Below are positions 44,769 to 53,842 of a stretch of 64,000 bases of DNA, in pieces; the stretch's first letter is position 1, and each line of letters begins with the position of its first letter. The stretch comes from Candidatus Versatilivorator sp. Its GTDB lineage: Bacteria > Acidobacteriota > Terriglobia > Versatilivoradales > Versatilivoraceae. Below the pieces are notes generated by a model, which did no database searches, was not told the DNA's origin, and saw only the letters and a list, made by a program, of their open reading frames with translations. The position numbers and the translations under genes are program-made. The DNA lies in assembly GCA_965207735.1 (NCBI GenBank), contig OZ242296.1, positions 796,257-860,256 on the forward strand, in the 5' to 3' direction.

Positions 44769-45518
44769 TCAATGCTCCTCCGAGACGGCGCCCGCAATGT
44801 AAATCATGGTCAGGACCATGAAGATGAAAGCCTGCAGAAAACTGGCAAATACTCCCAGTGCCATGATGGGAAGCGGCACTATGAAGGGGACAAGGCCAAA
44901 GAACACGGCCACGACCTGGTGCTCGCCGAAGATGTTTGCGAAAAGACGGACCGACAGCGAAAAGGGTCGGGCCAGGTGGCTGATGATTTCTATCGGAACC
45001 ATCAACGGCGCCATCAAGGGCACCGGACCGGCAAAGTGCTTGAGATAGGGAACCAACCCCTGCTTTCGAATTCCCAGGTAGTTGTAGTAGAGGAACACCA
45101 CCAGGGCGCAGCCGACGGTCACGTTGATGCTGCTGGTCGGGGAGGCAAATCCCGGGATCTGCCCGCAAAGGTTCATCAGCAGGATGAAGATCCCGATGGT
45201 GGCCACCATGGGAAGGTACTTTTTGGCCCCATGGCCGATGATCTCCTCCAACTGCCCGTTGAGGAATTCAACCACCAGCTCCAAAATCTGTTGAATCTTG
45301 CCTGGCTTCTCCAGAGAAAAGGACCGCCCGGCGATGGGGAAAAACACCGCACAGAAGAGAAACACCACCCCGGCAAAGGTTACGTGCTCAGGGACGATCA
45401 TGTGCCCGGGAGCGTACGTGTAGCCAAACAGTCCAAAGAGGCTGCCGAGCAGGGCCGCTACCGCCGGGCCCAAGGTGCTGTTGACCCATTCGGCTATCCA
45501 GGTGCTACCGTGTTCCAT
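44769..45518 (-). CDS. atpB: F0F1 ATP synthase subunit a
   Basis: 249 aa. 'ARPFSLSVRLFANIFGEH' contains the essential Arg motif (LRLFGN-type). Confidence 0.9.
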   Translation of the reverse strand: MEHGSTWIAEWVNSTLGPAVAALLGSLFGLFGYTYAPGHMIVPEHVTFAGVVFLFCAVFFPIAGRSFSLEKPGKIQQILELVVEFLNGQLEEIIGHGAKKYLPMVATIGIFILLMNLCGQIPGFASPTSSINVTVGCALVVFLYYNYLGIRKQGLVPYLKHFAGPVPLMAPLMVPIEIISHLARPFSLSVRLFANIFGEHQVVAVFFGLVPFIVPLPIMALGVFASFLQAFIFMVLTMIYIAGAVSEEH

Positions 45519-45963
45519 GGCAGGGGTCCTCGTTCCAACCTTTGATCACCTGCAGCACACACTCGACCAGCACGGCGCCGACTACCAGAACCAAGCCCGA
45601 GAAAAATCCGAAGACCTCCAGCAGATCAACGCGGAATGTAGCATAGAGCGACAGCCCAATCAAGGCGTATCTTAAGACATACTTGAAGATAGCAGTACGG
45701 GCCGTTCTCCTGGGGGGGGGCTGGGTCGCGCGGGTGATTTCCAGGAGATGGTCTACCCCTTGCTTGAGCCACCGGAAGTTGATCCAGGAGAGCACAGCCC
45801 CTGTCAGGAAGCCCAGTCCCGAGTCGAGTCCACCGAGAATCAGAGCCGCCAGGCAGGCCGGAATGCCCAGGCCAACGCTGATCTTCCACAGCCGACGGTC
45901 AAGGCCCTCGTCGATCAAAGCCGAGATGGAGAGACTCCTTGAATGCAACTCATTCCTTCCCAT
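45505..45963 (-). CDS. atpI: ATP synthase protein I (AtpI)
   Basis: About 150 aa hydrophobic protein immediately upstream of atpB (14-nt overlap). Start placed at the ATG at 45963; the start is uncertain. Confidence 0.6.
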   Translation of the reverse strand: MGRNELHSRSLSISALIDEGLDRRLWKISVGLGIPACLAALILGGLDSGLGFLTGAVLSWINFRWLKQGVDHLLEITRATQPPPRRTARTAIFKYVLRYALIGLSLYATFRVDLLEVFGFFSGLVLVVGAVLVECVLQVIKGWNEDPCHGTR

Positions 45964-46159
45964 CGACCTTCTTGACCACTCGAAAGAGATTGACGAACGC
46001 CGCTGCGATCCCGAACAGGATTCCGATGAAGCTGAAGGTGTTTCGGTTGCCGGTCCAGCCGTCCAGCAGGTATCCCAGGCCGTAACCAACGGCGATACAA
46101 ACCGGAAACATGATCCCCAGCGTCAGCAGGTCGCCGTACTGTTTATACTTGGCCGCCAC
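45950..46159 (-). CDS. atpZ: AtpZ/AtpI-family small membrane protein
   Basis: 69 aa with two TM helices, 'LTLGIMFPVCIAVGYGLGYLLD' and 'FSFIGILFGIAAAFVNLF'. It sits at the head of the atp operon. Confidence 0.65.
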   Translation of the reverse strand: MAAKYKQYGDLLTLGIMFPVCIAVGYGLGYLLDGWTGNRNTFSFIGILFGIAAAFVNLFRVVKKVDGKE

Positions 46160-46240
46160 CTTGTTTGCGCTCCTGCCTGCGGATGCATTATTATCCCGTT
46201 TCAGTCAATGTCTGCCGCCCATGTTCACCTGGAGGACGCC

Positions 46241-46852
46241 ATGTCCGGAAAATACACTCTTGGGGTTGCATTCGTCGTCGCTTCGTTTCTTTTTGCCGGC
46301 TGTAGTCAGGCACCCGAGCCTCCGCAGCCAACCGACTCCGGGACGGAAGCTCCCAAAACGGAAGAAGCGGCTGCAGCACCGGAGGAAATCAAGGTCCACG
46401 ATCTGGCGAAGGAAGATATCACCCAAATCCCGGACCTTACCAGCCGCAACCTGTCGGTCATGGGAGTCAAGCTCGGAGACCCGACGGCAGAGGTCAACCA
46501 GAACAAGCAGTTGGGAAAATCCCTCGGAACCACTCCCGTCGGCGGCCTCTATCGCTCCGCTTATCAGGAACGGGGCATCTACCTGGACTTCGACAAACAG
46601 ACCGGCAAGGTCATCGCAATCTACGTCAACACCAGCTTGGCCAGAAAGGTGAAGGGGCGATTTCGTTCGATTCTGCGGCGGGGGAACCTGGACCTGTTCA
46701 AGAAGATGTTCGGGCCGGAGCCTCGCCGTCTGCGGCCCGATCTCCAGACCACAAGCTGGCGCTATCCCAAGAAAGGCGTAGAGCTGATCCAGACCCGAAG
46801 CGGGAATCAGAGAACCTACACCTTCAAGCTGGTGAGACCCCGAAGAGGCTGA
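46241..46852 (+). CDS. Hypothetical lipoprotein
   Basis: 203 aa from the ATG at 46241 (GGAGGA upstream). Lipobox 'SFLFAGC'. The upstream 186 codons of the track ORF are antisense to atpI/atpZ. Confidence 0.6.
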   Translation: MSGKYTLGVAFVVASFLFAGCSQAPEPPQPTDSGTEAPKTEEAAAAPEEIKVHDLAKEDITQIPDLTSRNLSVMGVKLGDPTAEVNQNKQLGKSLGTTPVGGLYRSAYQERGIYLDFDKQTGKVIAIYVNTSLARKVKGRFRSILRRGNLDLFKKMFGPEPRRLRPDLQTTSWRYPKKGVELIQTRSGNQRTYTFKLVRPRRG

Positions 46853-46972
46853 TTCCCGGTTCTCGCCCCCGGGAAGTCCGATGGCAGGCCCCGAACCCTG
46901 AACCTGCGATCAAGGCAGACTTCCCTTTCCGACAACTAAGCCCACCCCCGGCCCTGCCTGACGGATCACACG

Positions 46973-47130
46973 AGAGTGAAACAATCGGAAATCGATCATC
47001 CCTTCCTAATCTTGGTTTCCCGTTGCGTTTAACCCCAACGCCTTAGTGGCCCTTCGTCGTTCTTCGTGCCCCTTCGTGGATAAGTCTTTTTCTTTTGTCT
47101 CTTGTCGTTTTTCGGTTGTTTCAGGCAAGC
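46973..47130 (+). repeat. MITE-like intergenic repeat, copy B
   Basis: Aligns with copy C over about 150 nt at roughly 85-90% identity by eye. Termini are 'AGAGTGAAACAATCGG' and 'CGGTTGTTTCAGGCAAGC'. It lies 23 nt downstream of the nuoM stop. Confidence 0.75.
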
Positions 47131-47152
47131 CGGGCCCCTGCCTGCCGGGTCG

Positions 47153-48760
47153 TTACTTCTTCCTGGCTTCCTGGACCGGCGGCAGCTTTGCCAGCCGAGC
47201 CTCGGTACGATCGAAGAAGCCCGGCTGTACCCGCTGCACAATCTTCTCAACCGGTTTTTCGATGTACTTGAAGAAGGGCTTGGGATAGATACCGATCCAG
47301 AAACACATGATCACCAGAGGCAGCAGCGTGGCGTACTCTCTGACACTCAGGTCCTTCAAATCCTTGTTCTTGGGATTGGTCACCGGCCCGAACATCATGC
47401 GTTGATACAGCCAGAGCATGTAGGCCGCTCCCAGCACGATCCCCGCGCAGCCCCAGGCTCCCCAGCTCCAATGTCGCTGGAAGGCGCCCGCCAGAATGGT
47501 GAATTCACCGATAAATCCGTTGAGCAGCGGCAGCCCGATGGAAGCCATGGTGATGATCAGGAAAATGACGGCATAGCCCGGCATGACTCGGGAGAGTCCG
47601 CCATATTCCGATATCTCCCGCGTGTGCCTCCGTTCATAGACGATTCCCACGATCAGGAAGAGAGCGCCGGTCGAAATTCCGTGATTGATCTGTTGCAGGA
47701 TGCTGCCGTTGATCCCGTTGGGATTGAGCGCAAACAATCCCAGCATGCAGAATCCCAGGTGGCTGACCGACGAGTATGCGACCAGTTTCTTGGCATCCTT
47801 CTGCATCATGGCCACCAGGGCTCCATAGATGATCCCGACGATCGACAGGAAGATCATCAGGTGGAGCAGTCCGAACTGCTGGTCAAACCAACCAAAGGTC
47901 AGATAGGCAAAGCTCAGCGAAGTGGTGTCCTGTACCGCATCCGGAAACATGGGCAGGCTGAAGCGGATGAAACCGTAGGTGCCCATCTTCAGCAGCACGC
48001 CGGCCAGGATAACCGAACCGGCGGTGGGGGCCTCCACGTGGGCATCCGGGAGCCAGGTATGGAACGGGAACATGGGGACCTTGATGGCAAAACCGATGAA
48101 GAAGGCCAGGAACACCCAGAACTGGTACTCCCAGGGATAATCCAGCTCCAGCAGCGCCGGGATGCTGAAGGTGTAGACCCCGGTCACCTCGTGGTTGTAG
48201 AAGTAGAGAGCCAGGATGCCCAGCAGCAGCAGCACCGATCCGAACAGCGTGTACAGGAAGAATTTAATTGCCGCGTACAGCTTTCTGGCCCCTCCCCACA
48301 CGCCGATCAGGAAGTACATGGGGACCAGCATGACCTCCCAGAAGACGTAAAAGAGAAAGAGATCCATGGCCATGAAGACGCCCAGCATGCCGGTCTGGAG
48401 CATCAGCATGAAGATGTAATATTCCTTGACTCTCTCCTGAATCGCATTCCAGGAGGAGAGAATGGACAGGAATCCCAGTCCGGTGGTCAACACGATCAAC
48501 AACAGGCTGATGCCGTCGATGCCGAAGTGATATTCCACACCGATGGAGGGGATCCAGGACGCCCGCTCCACGAATTGCAGTCCTTCAGCTTCCGTGTCGA
48601 ACCCGGTGATTAGGGGGATCGACACCAGAAATCCGATGGCGGCCACGATGTTGGCAAACCAGCGAATGAACTCGGTCTTTTCCTTGTTCACCAGCAGCAG
48701 CAGCAGGGCGCCCAGCAGCGGCGTGTAGGCGACAATGGACAAGAGATGGTTTTCAAACAT
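47153..48760 (-). CDS. nuoM: NADH-quinone oxidoreductase subunit M (antiporter-like)
   Basis: 535 aa, about 14 TM. 'FFLYTLFGSVLLLLGIL', 'HTWLPDAHVEAPTAGSVILAGVLLKMG', 'AYSSVSHLGF'. Confidence 0.85.
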   Translation of the reverse strand: MFENHLLSIVAYTPLLGALLLLLVNKEKTEFIRWFANIVAAIGFLVSIPLITGFDTEAEGLQFVERASWIPSIGVEYHFGIDGISLLLIVLTTGLGFLSILSSWNAIQERVKEYYIFMLMLQTGMLGVFMAMDLFLFYVFWEVMLVPMYFLIGVWGGARKLYAAIKFFLYTLFGSVLLLLGILALYFYNHEVTGVYTFSIPALLELDYPWEYQFWVFLAFFIGFAIKVPMFPFHTWLPDAHVEAPTAGSVILAGVLLKMGTYGFIRFSLPMFPDAVQDTTSLSFAYLTFGWFDQQFGLLHLMIFLSIVGIIYGALVAMMQKDAKKLVAYSSVSHLGFCMLGLFALNPNGINGSILQQINHGISTGALFLIVGIVYERRHTREISEYGGLSRVMPGYAVIFLIITMASIGLPLLNGFIGEFTILAGAFQRHWSWGAWGCAGIVLGAAYMLWLYQRMMFGPVTNPKNKDLKDLSVREYATLLPLVIMCFWIGIYPKPFFKYIEKPVEKIVQRVQPGFFDRTEARLAKLPPVQEARKK

Positions 48761-48846
48761 GAATCAAGCTCCCGATCGTGTGTCTGCGATGACCCTGCCG
48801 GCCGGGCTCCCCAACCCGGCCTCCGTGCCCTCCAACCGTCCTGGGT

Positions 48847-50904
48847 TCATGTCAGAATGAAATAGCCGACAATCAAAAGTATGCCGCCGATGGTCAGTGC
48901 CGCGTAGGTCTGGATAACGCCGGTCTGAATTCGTCGCAGGGGAAAGCTGAGGTAATAGATAAGGTCGGAACGTCGAACTGCCAGATCGACAATCCAGTAG
49001 TCGAAGAATCCGGAAATCGAGGCCGCCACCCGGGTCAACCAGGCCGAGCCGTTCACTGCCCCGTCAACCACCGAGTTGTCGAATCCCGACAAACGGTTGC
49101 CCAAGTCCTTGGTCCGATTGACGAAGAGCAGGTCGTAAAGTTCATCCACCCAGTACTTGTTGAGCAACGTCGTGTAGATTTTCCTGAAGCGGGACATCAG
49201 CCGTTCCGGTACCGCCGGGTCGGTCAGATAGAAGTGTCGTGCAACCCCCAGCCCGACCAGGGCGATGGCTACTGAAAACGCCATGAGTCCCCACTCCAGG
49301 CCTTCGGAAGCATGTCCTCCTTCGCCTGCTGCCGCATGGGCAAGGACCGGCGCCAGAAAATGCTCGAAGTATTGTGGCAGGTGGTGAAGATACTGGCCGA
49401 TCAGGTGGGGAATGCCGACCCAACCCGAGACCACCGCCCCAACCGCCAGCAGCCCCAGGGGGACCGTCATGACCCGCGGAGACTCATGAACGTGGGAATC
49501 CACCTCCGGAGACATCCGGGACTTGCCCAAAAAGGTCAGGAACATCATTCGAAACATATAGAAGGAGGTCATTCCCGCCGCCAGGACTCCCACCGCCCAC
49601 AACAGCAGGTGCCCCTGTGAACCGGAGAAGGCGCGCCACAAAATTTCGTCCTTGCTGAAGAAGCCCGCCAGGGGAGGAAACCCCGCGATCGCCACCGTTC
49701 CGATCATCATGGTCCAGAAGGTGACCGGGATGCGTGACTTGAGTCCCCCCATTCGGCGCATGTCCTGCTCCCCGCTCAGGGCGTGGATGACGCTGCCGGC
49801 CCCCAGGAACAGCAGCGCCTTGAAGAAGGCATGGGTCATCAGGTGGAACACGCCGGCGCCGAATGCCCCCACGCCGCAGGCCAGGAACATGTAGCCCAAC
49901 TGACTGACGGTGGAGTAGGCCAGTACCCGCTTGATATCGTTCTGAACCAGGCCGATCGAGGCCGCAAAAATAGCGGTGAAGGCTCCCACTACGGCCACCA
50001 GCAGCATGGCCTCGGGAGAAAAAACGAACAGCGGGCTGCAGCGGGCCACCATGTAGACGCCGGCGGTAACCATGGTGGCGGCGTGAATCAGGGCGCTGAC
50101 GGGTGTAGGCCCTTCCATGGCGTCCGGAAGCCAGACGTAGAGCGGGACCTGGGCCGACTTGCCCATGGCCCCCACAAACAGCAGCAGGCAGATCGCGGTA
50201 ATGGTGGCGTCGCCGCTGGCCAGTGCTCCGGCCTCAGCCTGGCTTTCAACCAGTCCGAAGACCCGGGTGAAGTCGAGGGTCCCAAAGGCAGTGAAGATCA
50301 GGAACATTCCCAGCATGAAGCCGAAGTCCCCGATCCGATTGACGATAAAAGCCTTCTTGCCTGCGTCGGCGGCGCTCTTCCTCTCGAAGTAGAAGCCAAT
50401 CAGCAGGTAGGAACAGAGTCCGACTCCCTCCCAGCCCACGAACATGACCACGAAGTTGTTGGCCAGGACCAGCGTCAACATCGAGAACATGAACAGGTTC
50501 ATGTAGGTGAAGAAGCGGGCGTAGCCTCCTTCGTGGGCCATGTATCCGATGGAATAGATGTGGATCAGGAACCCCACGCCGGTAACGACCAGAATCATCA
50601 CCGCCGACAAGGGATCCAGTTGATATCCCCACTGCACCAGAAACTGGGAGATGGCTCCCGAGCTGAGCTCTCCCGCGCCGGCAGGGATCCAGGTGAACAG
50701 TTCCTGCTCCACCAGCCGCTGCCCTTCGGGTCTGCCCAAAAGTTGGTAAAAAGCGCCCAGCGACAGCAGAAAAGAAACCCCTACCACCCCGCAGGCCACC
50801 GTGCTGATGCAGGCCTTCGAGCATCGTCTGCCCAGAAGGCCGTTAACGAGGGCTCCCGCCGCCGGGAACAACGGAATCAGCGCGAGCATCTCCAGAAAAT
50901 TCAT
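48847..50904 (-). CDS. nuoL: NADH-quinone oxidoreductase subunit L (antiporter-like, with long C-terminal extension)
   Basis: 685 aa. 'GWEGVGLCSYLLIGF', 'KSAQVPLYVWLPDAMEGPTPVSALIHAATMVTAGVY', 'AYSTVSQLGYM'. Confidence 0.85.
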   Translation of the reverse strand: MNFLEMLALIPLFPAAGALVNGLLGRRCSKACISTVACGVVGVSFLLSLGAFYQLLGRPEGQRLVEQELFTWIPAGAGELSSGAISQFLVQWGYQLDPLSAVMILVVTGVGFLIHIYSIGYMAHEGGYARFFTYMNLFMFSMLTLVLANNFVVMFVGWEGVGLCSYLLIGFYFERKSAADAGKKAFIVNRIGDFGFMLGMFLIFTAFGTLDFTRVFGLVESQAEAGALASGDATITAICLLLFVGAMGKSAQVPLYVWLPDAMEGPTPVSALIHAATMVTAGVYMVARCSPLFVFSPEAMLLVAVVGAFTAIFAASIGLVQNDIKRVLAYSTVSQLGYMFLACGVGAFGAGVFHLMTHAFFKALLFLGAGSVIHALSGEQDMRRMGGLKSRIPVTFWTMMIGTVAIAGFPPLAGFFSKDEILWRAFSGSQGHLLLWAVGVLAAGMTSFYMFRMMFLTFLGKSRMSPEVDSHVHESPRVMTVPLGLLAVGAVVSGWVGIPHLIGQYLHHLPQYFEHFLAPVLAHAAAGEGGHASEGLEWGLMAFSVAIALVGLGVARHFYLTDPAVPERLMSRFRKIYTTLLNKYWVDELYDLLFVNRTKDLGNRLSGFDNSVVDGAVNGSAWLTRVAASISGFFDYWIVDLAVRRSDLIYYLSFPLRRIQTGVIQTYAALTIGGILLIVGYFILT

Positions 50905-51171
50905 GAAATGACCTTGGTGGCGTTGCGGGAGCCCCGAATCAAAAGGACCTCAGGTAGAGCCAAGGAGAAGAACACGGAATGGCCGCTGGCCGGGTTCCGG
51001 CGTGTTGGGCTGGAAATGGCTACCGCCGATTGCGGGTTGCTCGAGAACCTCGAGAAATCCGCGTTTGCCGGACCCTATAGGTAAGCCGCTGGATTTTTAG
51101 CACAAGTCCATTTTTGAAGTCAATGGGTTTCAGGCAAGTGAGGCCCCCGCCTTGGTGTGCGGATCATACAT

Positions 51172-51322
51172 AGAGTGAAACAATCAGAAATCGATCATCC
51201 CTTCGCGAACTTGGCACCCCGTCTCGGTTAACCTCAGCGCCTTAGTGCCCCGTCGTCGTTCTTTGTGCCCCTTGGTGGATAACTCTTTTTCTTTTGTCTC
51301 TTGTCGGTTGTTTCAGACAAGC
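51172..51322 (+). repeat. MITE-like intergenic repeat, copy C
   Basis: Same family as copies A and B. It lies about 270 nt upstream of the nuoL start. A partial extra right end ('gggtttcaggcaag', ~51126-51139) lies just before it. Confidence 0.75.
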
Positions 51323-51641
51323 TGGCGGATTTTCCTCACCTCAGCGAGACCCACGTGGCCGTAGAAACCATGAACCGCCATTTGCTGCTGGCAGCCCTAG
51401 GAAACCTGGTCGTGACCATCGGATTGGCTATTTATCTGTCTACCCATCGCAAGATGGAGGTCACCGACGTCGCGGAAGCCAATGAGCCCTGACGCCGGCA
51501 AGACCCTTTTGCCGGGTCCAGTCGAGATGGGTTGCCACCCTATAGGGTTTCCCGGATCCTGGCGGGTTTGGTGGCGTCCCAGATGGTCCTGTTTCTCGAA
51601 TCCGCTACCTCAACCAGGACGGCCAGCTTGTGGCGGCCCCA

Positions 51642-52928
51642 TCACTCCTCGCCGAAACCGAACCGGTAGACGAAGCCGATCAGGAACACACTCTGGCTTG
51701 TGACCAATTCGTCGGCCCCCTTGATGAAGAATGGCTGGTCTGACCAGTCGTAGCGGTACTCGAACTTGGTGCTGAAGTTCGGACGCACGCGATAGTCGGC
51801 CGTCAGGGTGATTTCCTTCAAGTCCTGGGCGATCCCGGTAGCAAAGGCATCCTTGTCCGCGAAGTACTCGAACCGGGGTGAAAAAGCCCACTTCTTGTCG
51901 GTAGTGCTGAAACGCACGGCGCCGGCAATGCCCTGCCAGGCCGTTCGCTCGAAATGGGGTTGGGACTCGGCATCGAATCCATAGTCATAGTTGATCAATA
52001 CCTCGACCTGATCGTTGACGCTGGCGCTGATCACTGTGTCGAAAAGATGCCTCCATGGGTTGTTGAGACCGTCCAGTTCCGGGCCTCCCAGATACCCTTG
52101 ACTGATGCTGAAATTGTCGTTCGGCGAAACCGCGATCGACCACCCGACGCTCTTCCCCGTATTGTTGTCGGTGGAGTTGTTCCAGCCGTTCACAAGATAG
52201 AAACCCACGTCGACCGTGTCCGAAGCCGAATAACTGGTACGGACTCCCGTGTGGTAATAGGGCTGGGCAAAGCCGAAGAGGATCGACTGCTGGTATTGAT
52301 AGTTGTCGATGGTGTCCAGGACTTCCGCACCCACAAAGGTTCCGAACTTGCCCACGTCGACGGTCAAACCGTCTCCGACGGGGGCGACATAGCTGACGTA
52401 AGCCTGCTGAATGTTTTTGATGATTTCTTGCTGCCCGCCAACGGGCTCGAAGGAGTGATAGGTGTCGGCAGCCGGGCCGTAGACCAGATCGATGCGGTAG
52501 CCCAGGCTATTGGCGTCACCGACGGGCCGGTCAAAAATTACTTTTGCCAGATCGAACTGAAAGCTGTTGTGTCTGGTGTCGAGCCCGCGAAGATCGACAA
52601 TGCCGCTCTCGGGATCGTTTGAGTTATAGCCGTAATAGGCATCCACGTAGCCACTGATTTTGGTCTGCTTGAAAAAATCCAATATGGGCGCCGTGTCGCT
52701 GGACTCTACCTCAGGTGCGGCCGCCTCGACGGTTTTGGTTTCGCCGGGCGGTTCGGTTTTCTGAGAAGTCGTTTCGCTCTTTCCTTCCAGTTCGGCGATC
52801 CGCTCCTCCAGCTTCTTGATTCGTTCCAGCAGCTTCTCCTGACTACTGTCCTCTGCAAAGGTCACCCCATTCGACAAACCCGTGGCCAGTAGTCCAGCCA
52901 AAAACAGCGTGACCCATTTCGTTTTCAT
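51642..52928 (-). CDS. Outer-membrane beta-barrel porin with N-terminal coiled-coil (OmpL-like 'porin-2' type)
   Basis: Start at the ATG at 52928 (AAAGGAG upstream). Signal peptide 'MKTKWVTLFLAGLLATGLSNGVTFA', 'LLERIKKLEERIAELEG', alternating beta-strand pattern, C-terminal 'FVYRFGFGEE'. Confidence 0.7.
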   Translation of the reverse strand: MKTKWVTLFLAGLLATGLSNGVTFAEDSSQEKLLERIKKLEERIAELEGKSETTSQKTEPPGETKTVEAAAPEVESSDTAPILDFFKQTKISGYVDAYYGYNSNDPESGIVDLRGLDTRHNSFQFDLAKVIFDRPVGDANSLGYRIDLVYGPAADTYHSFEPVGGQQEIIKNIQQAYVSYVAPVGDGLTVDVGKFGTFVGAEVLDTIDNYQYQQSILFGFAQPYYHTGVRTSYSASDTVDVGFYLVNGWNNSTDNNTGKSVGWSIAVSPNDNFSISQGYLGGPELDGLNNPWRHLFDTVISASVNDQVEVLINYDYGFDAESQPHFERTAWQGIAGAVRFSTTDKKWAFSPRFEYFADKDAFATGIAQDLKEITLTADYRVRPNFSTKFEYRYDWSDQPFFIKGADELVTSQSVFLIGFVYRFGFGEE

Positions 52929-53247
52929 TGATCTCCTTTCCTTTCCGGTTCCATTCAGTCCCAAATTGTGGAACCCATAGAGGCCCCAAACAAAAAAAGA
53001 CGCCCATCGGCACGAGTCCCCACTCGGATCCAATGGACGTCTCTGTCCAAATCACCACCACCGGGCCACTCCCGTCGGCGGTGGGCGATCTATCCCCCTT
53101 CGATACGACTCTGTATCAAAGAAGTACTCTCATTTTAAGGTTACCGCTCCAATGGTCAAATCATTTTTGTTTATGCCATCTATCAAAGCAGATTATGGAT
53201 CGGTCGCGAAATCCACAGCCCGTCCCGGCAGTTCTCTGCCGCGGTGC

Positions 53248-53808
53248 TCACTGGTTCAATTCGTGGCAGAAGTGACAGGCTAGGGAAGCTCCTTGGGATT
53301 CGTGGCAACTCATACAGTGTTCCATGGACGTTGGCACCTCCTGCGTGAGGCTGTCCCGCAGCTCCACCGAACCGTGGCAGGTGGCACAGGTAACTCCAGA
53401 GGCCAGATGTTCCTGGTGGCTGAAGAAGACAAAATCGGGGATCTTGTAGACACGAACCCAAGGAATGGATTCGCCCCTTTGCTCGTAGCCCTCCAACATT
53501 GTTCCCACGGCTGATATCTCGCCCCCGGCTCCACGGTGGCAGGACAGGCAAAGAGACAAGGACGGGAACCCTGCGCTACCGCCTCTACCCTTCATGGTAT
53601 GGCAGGCGGCGCATTGCAGCCCCAGCTCGGCGTGGGTGCGATGGCTGAATGGAACCGGCTGCGGGACCGGTTCCGGCGCAGGCTGGGTTCGGGAGGCATT
53701 GTCGCGTGCACCCGAGATCCAGGGGATTGCCGCCAGCAAGGCCAGGCAAAGCGCAGGAACCAACGGCTTGCAAGCTCGCTGAAGACGGTGCGTCAAGAGA
53801 GTGACCAT
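53248..53808 (-). CDS. Periplasmic pentaheme c-type cytochrome (cytochrome c3 superfamily-like)
   Basis: 186 aa with signal peptide. Five CxxCH motifs: CAACH, CLSCH, CATCH, CMSCH, CHFCH. Confidence 0.8.
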   Translation of the reverse strand: MVTLLTHRLQRACKPLVPALCLALLAAIPWISGARDNASRTQPAPEPVPQPVPFSHRTHAELGLQCAACHTMKGRGGSAGFPSLSLCLSCHRGAGGEISAVGTMLEGYEQRGESIPWVRVYKIPDFVFFSHQEHLASGVTCATCHGSVELRDSLTQEVPTSMEHCMSCHESQGASLACHFCHELNQ

Positions 53809-53842
53809 GAAGTCGAACTGAACGATCCTGGAGGAAGGTCCT

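Noticed and set aside
44231-46159. N-type (Na+) ATPase operon
   Set aside because: N-ATPase operons begin with the beta and epsilon genes upstream of atpQ/atpR. Here the upstream neighbour is an unrelated divergent lipoprotein gene, so this looks like an ordinary split F-type atpZIBE unit.
47102-51084. Long plus-strand ORFs 47102-48613 (503 aa) and 49783-51084 (433 aa)
   Set aside because: Antisense to nuoM and nuoL. They are hydrophilic, His/Asp/Gln-rich mirror translations of membrane-protein genes.
51370-51492. 40-aa ORF 'MNRHLLLAALGNLVVTIGLAIYLSTHRKMEVTDVAEANEP' downstream of MITE copy C
   Set aside because: It has a single TM-like segment but no RBS that I could see and no family resemblance. 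The evidence is too weak to call.
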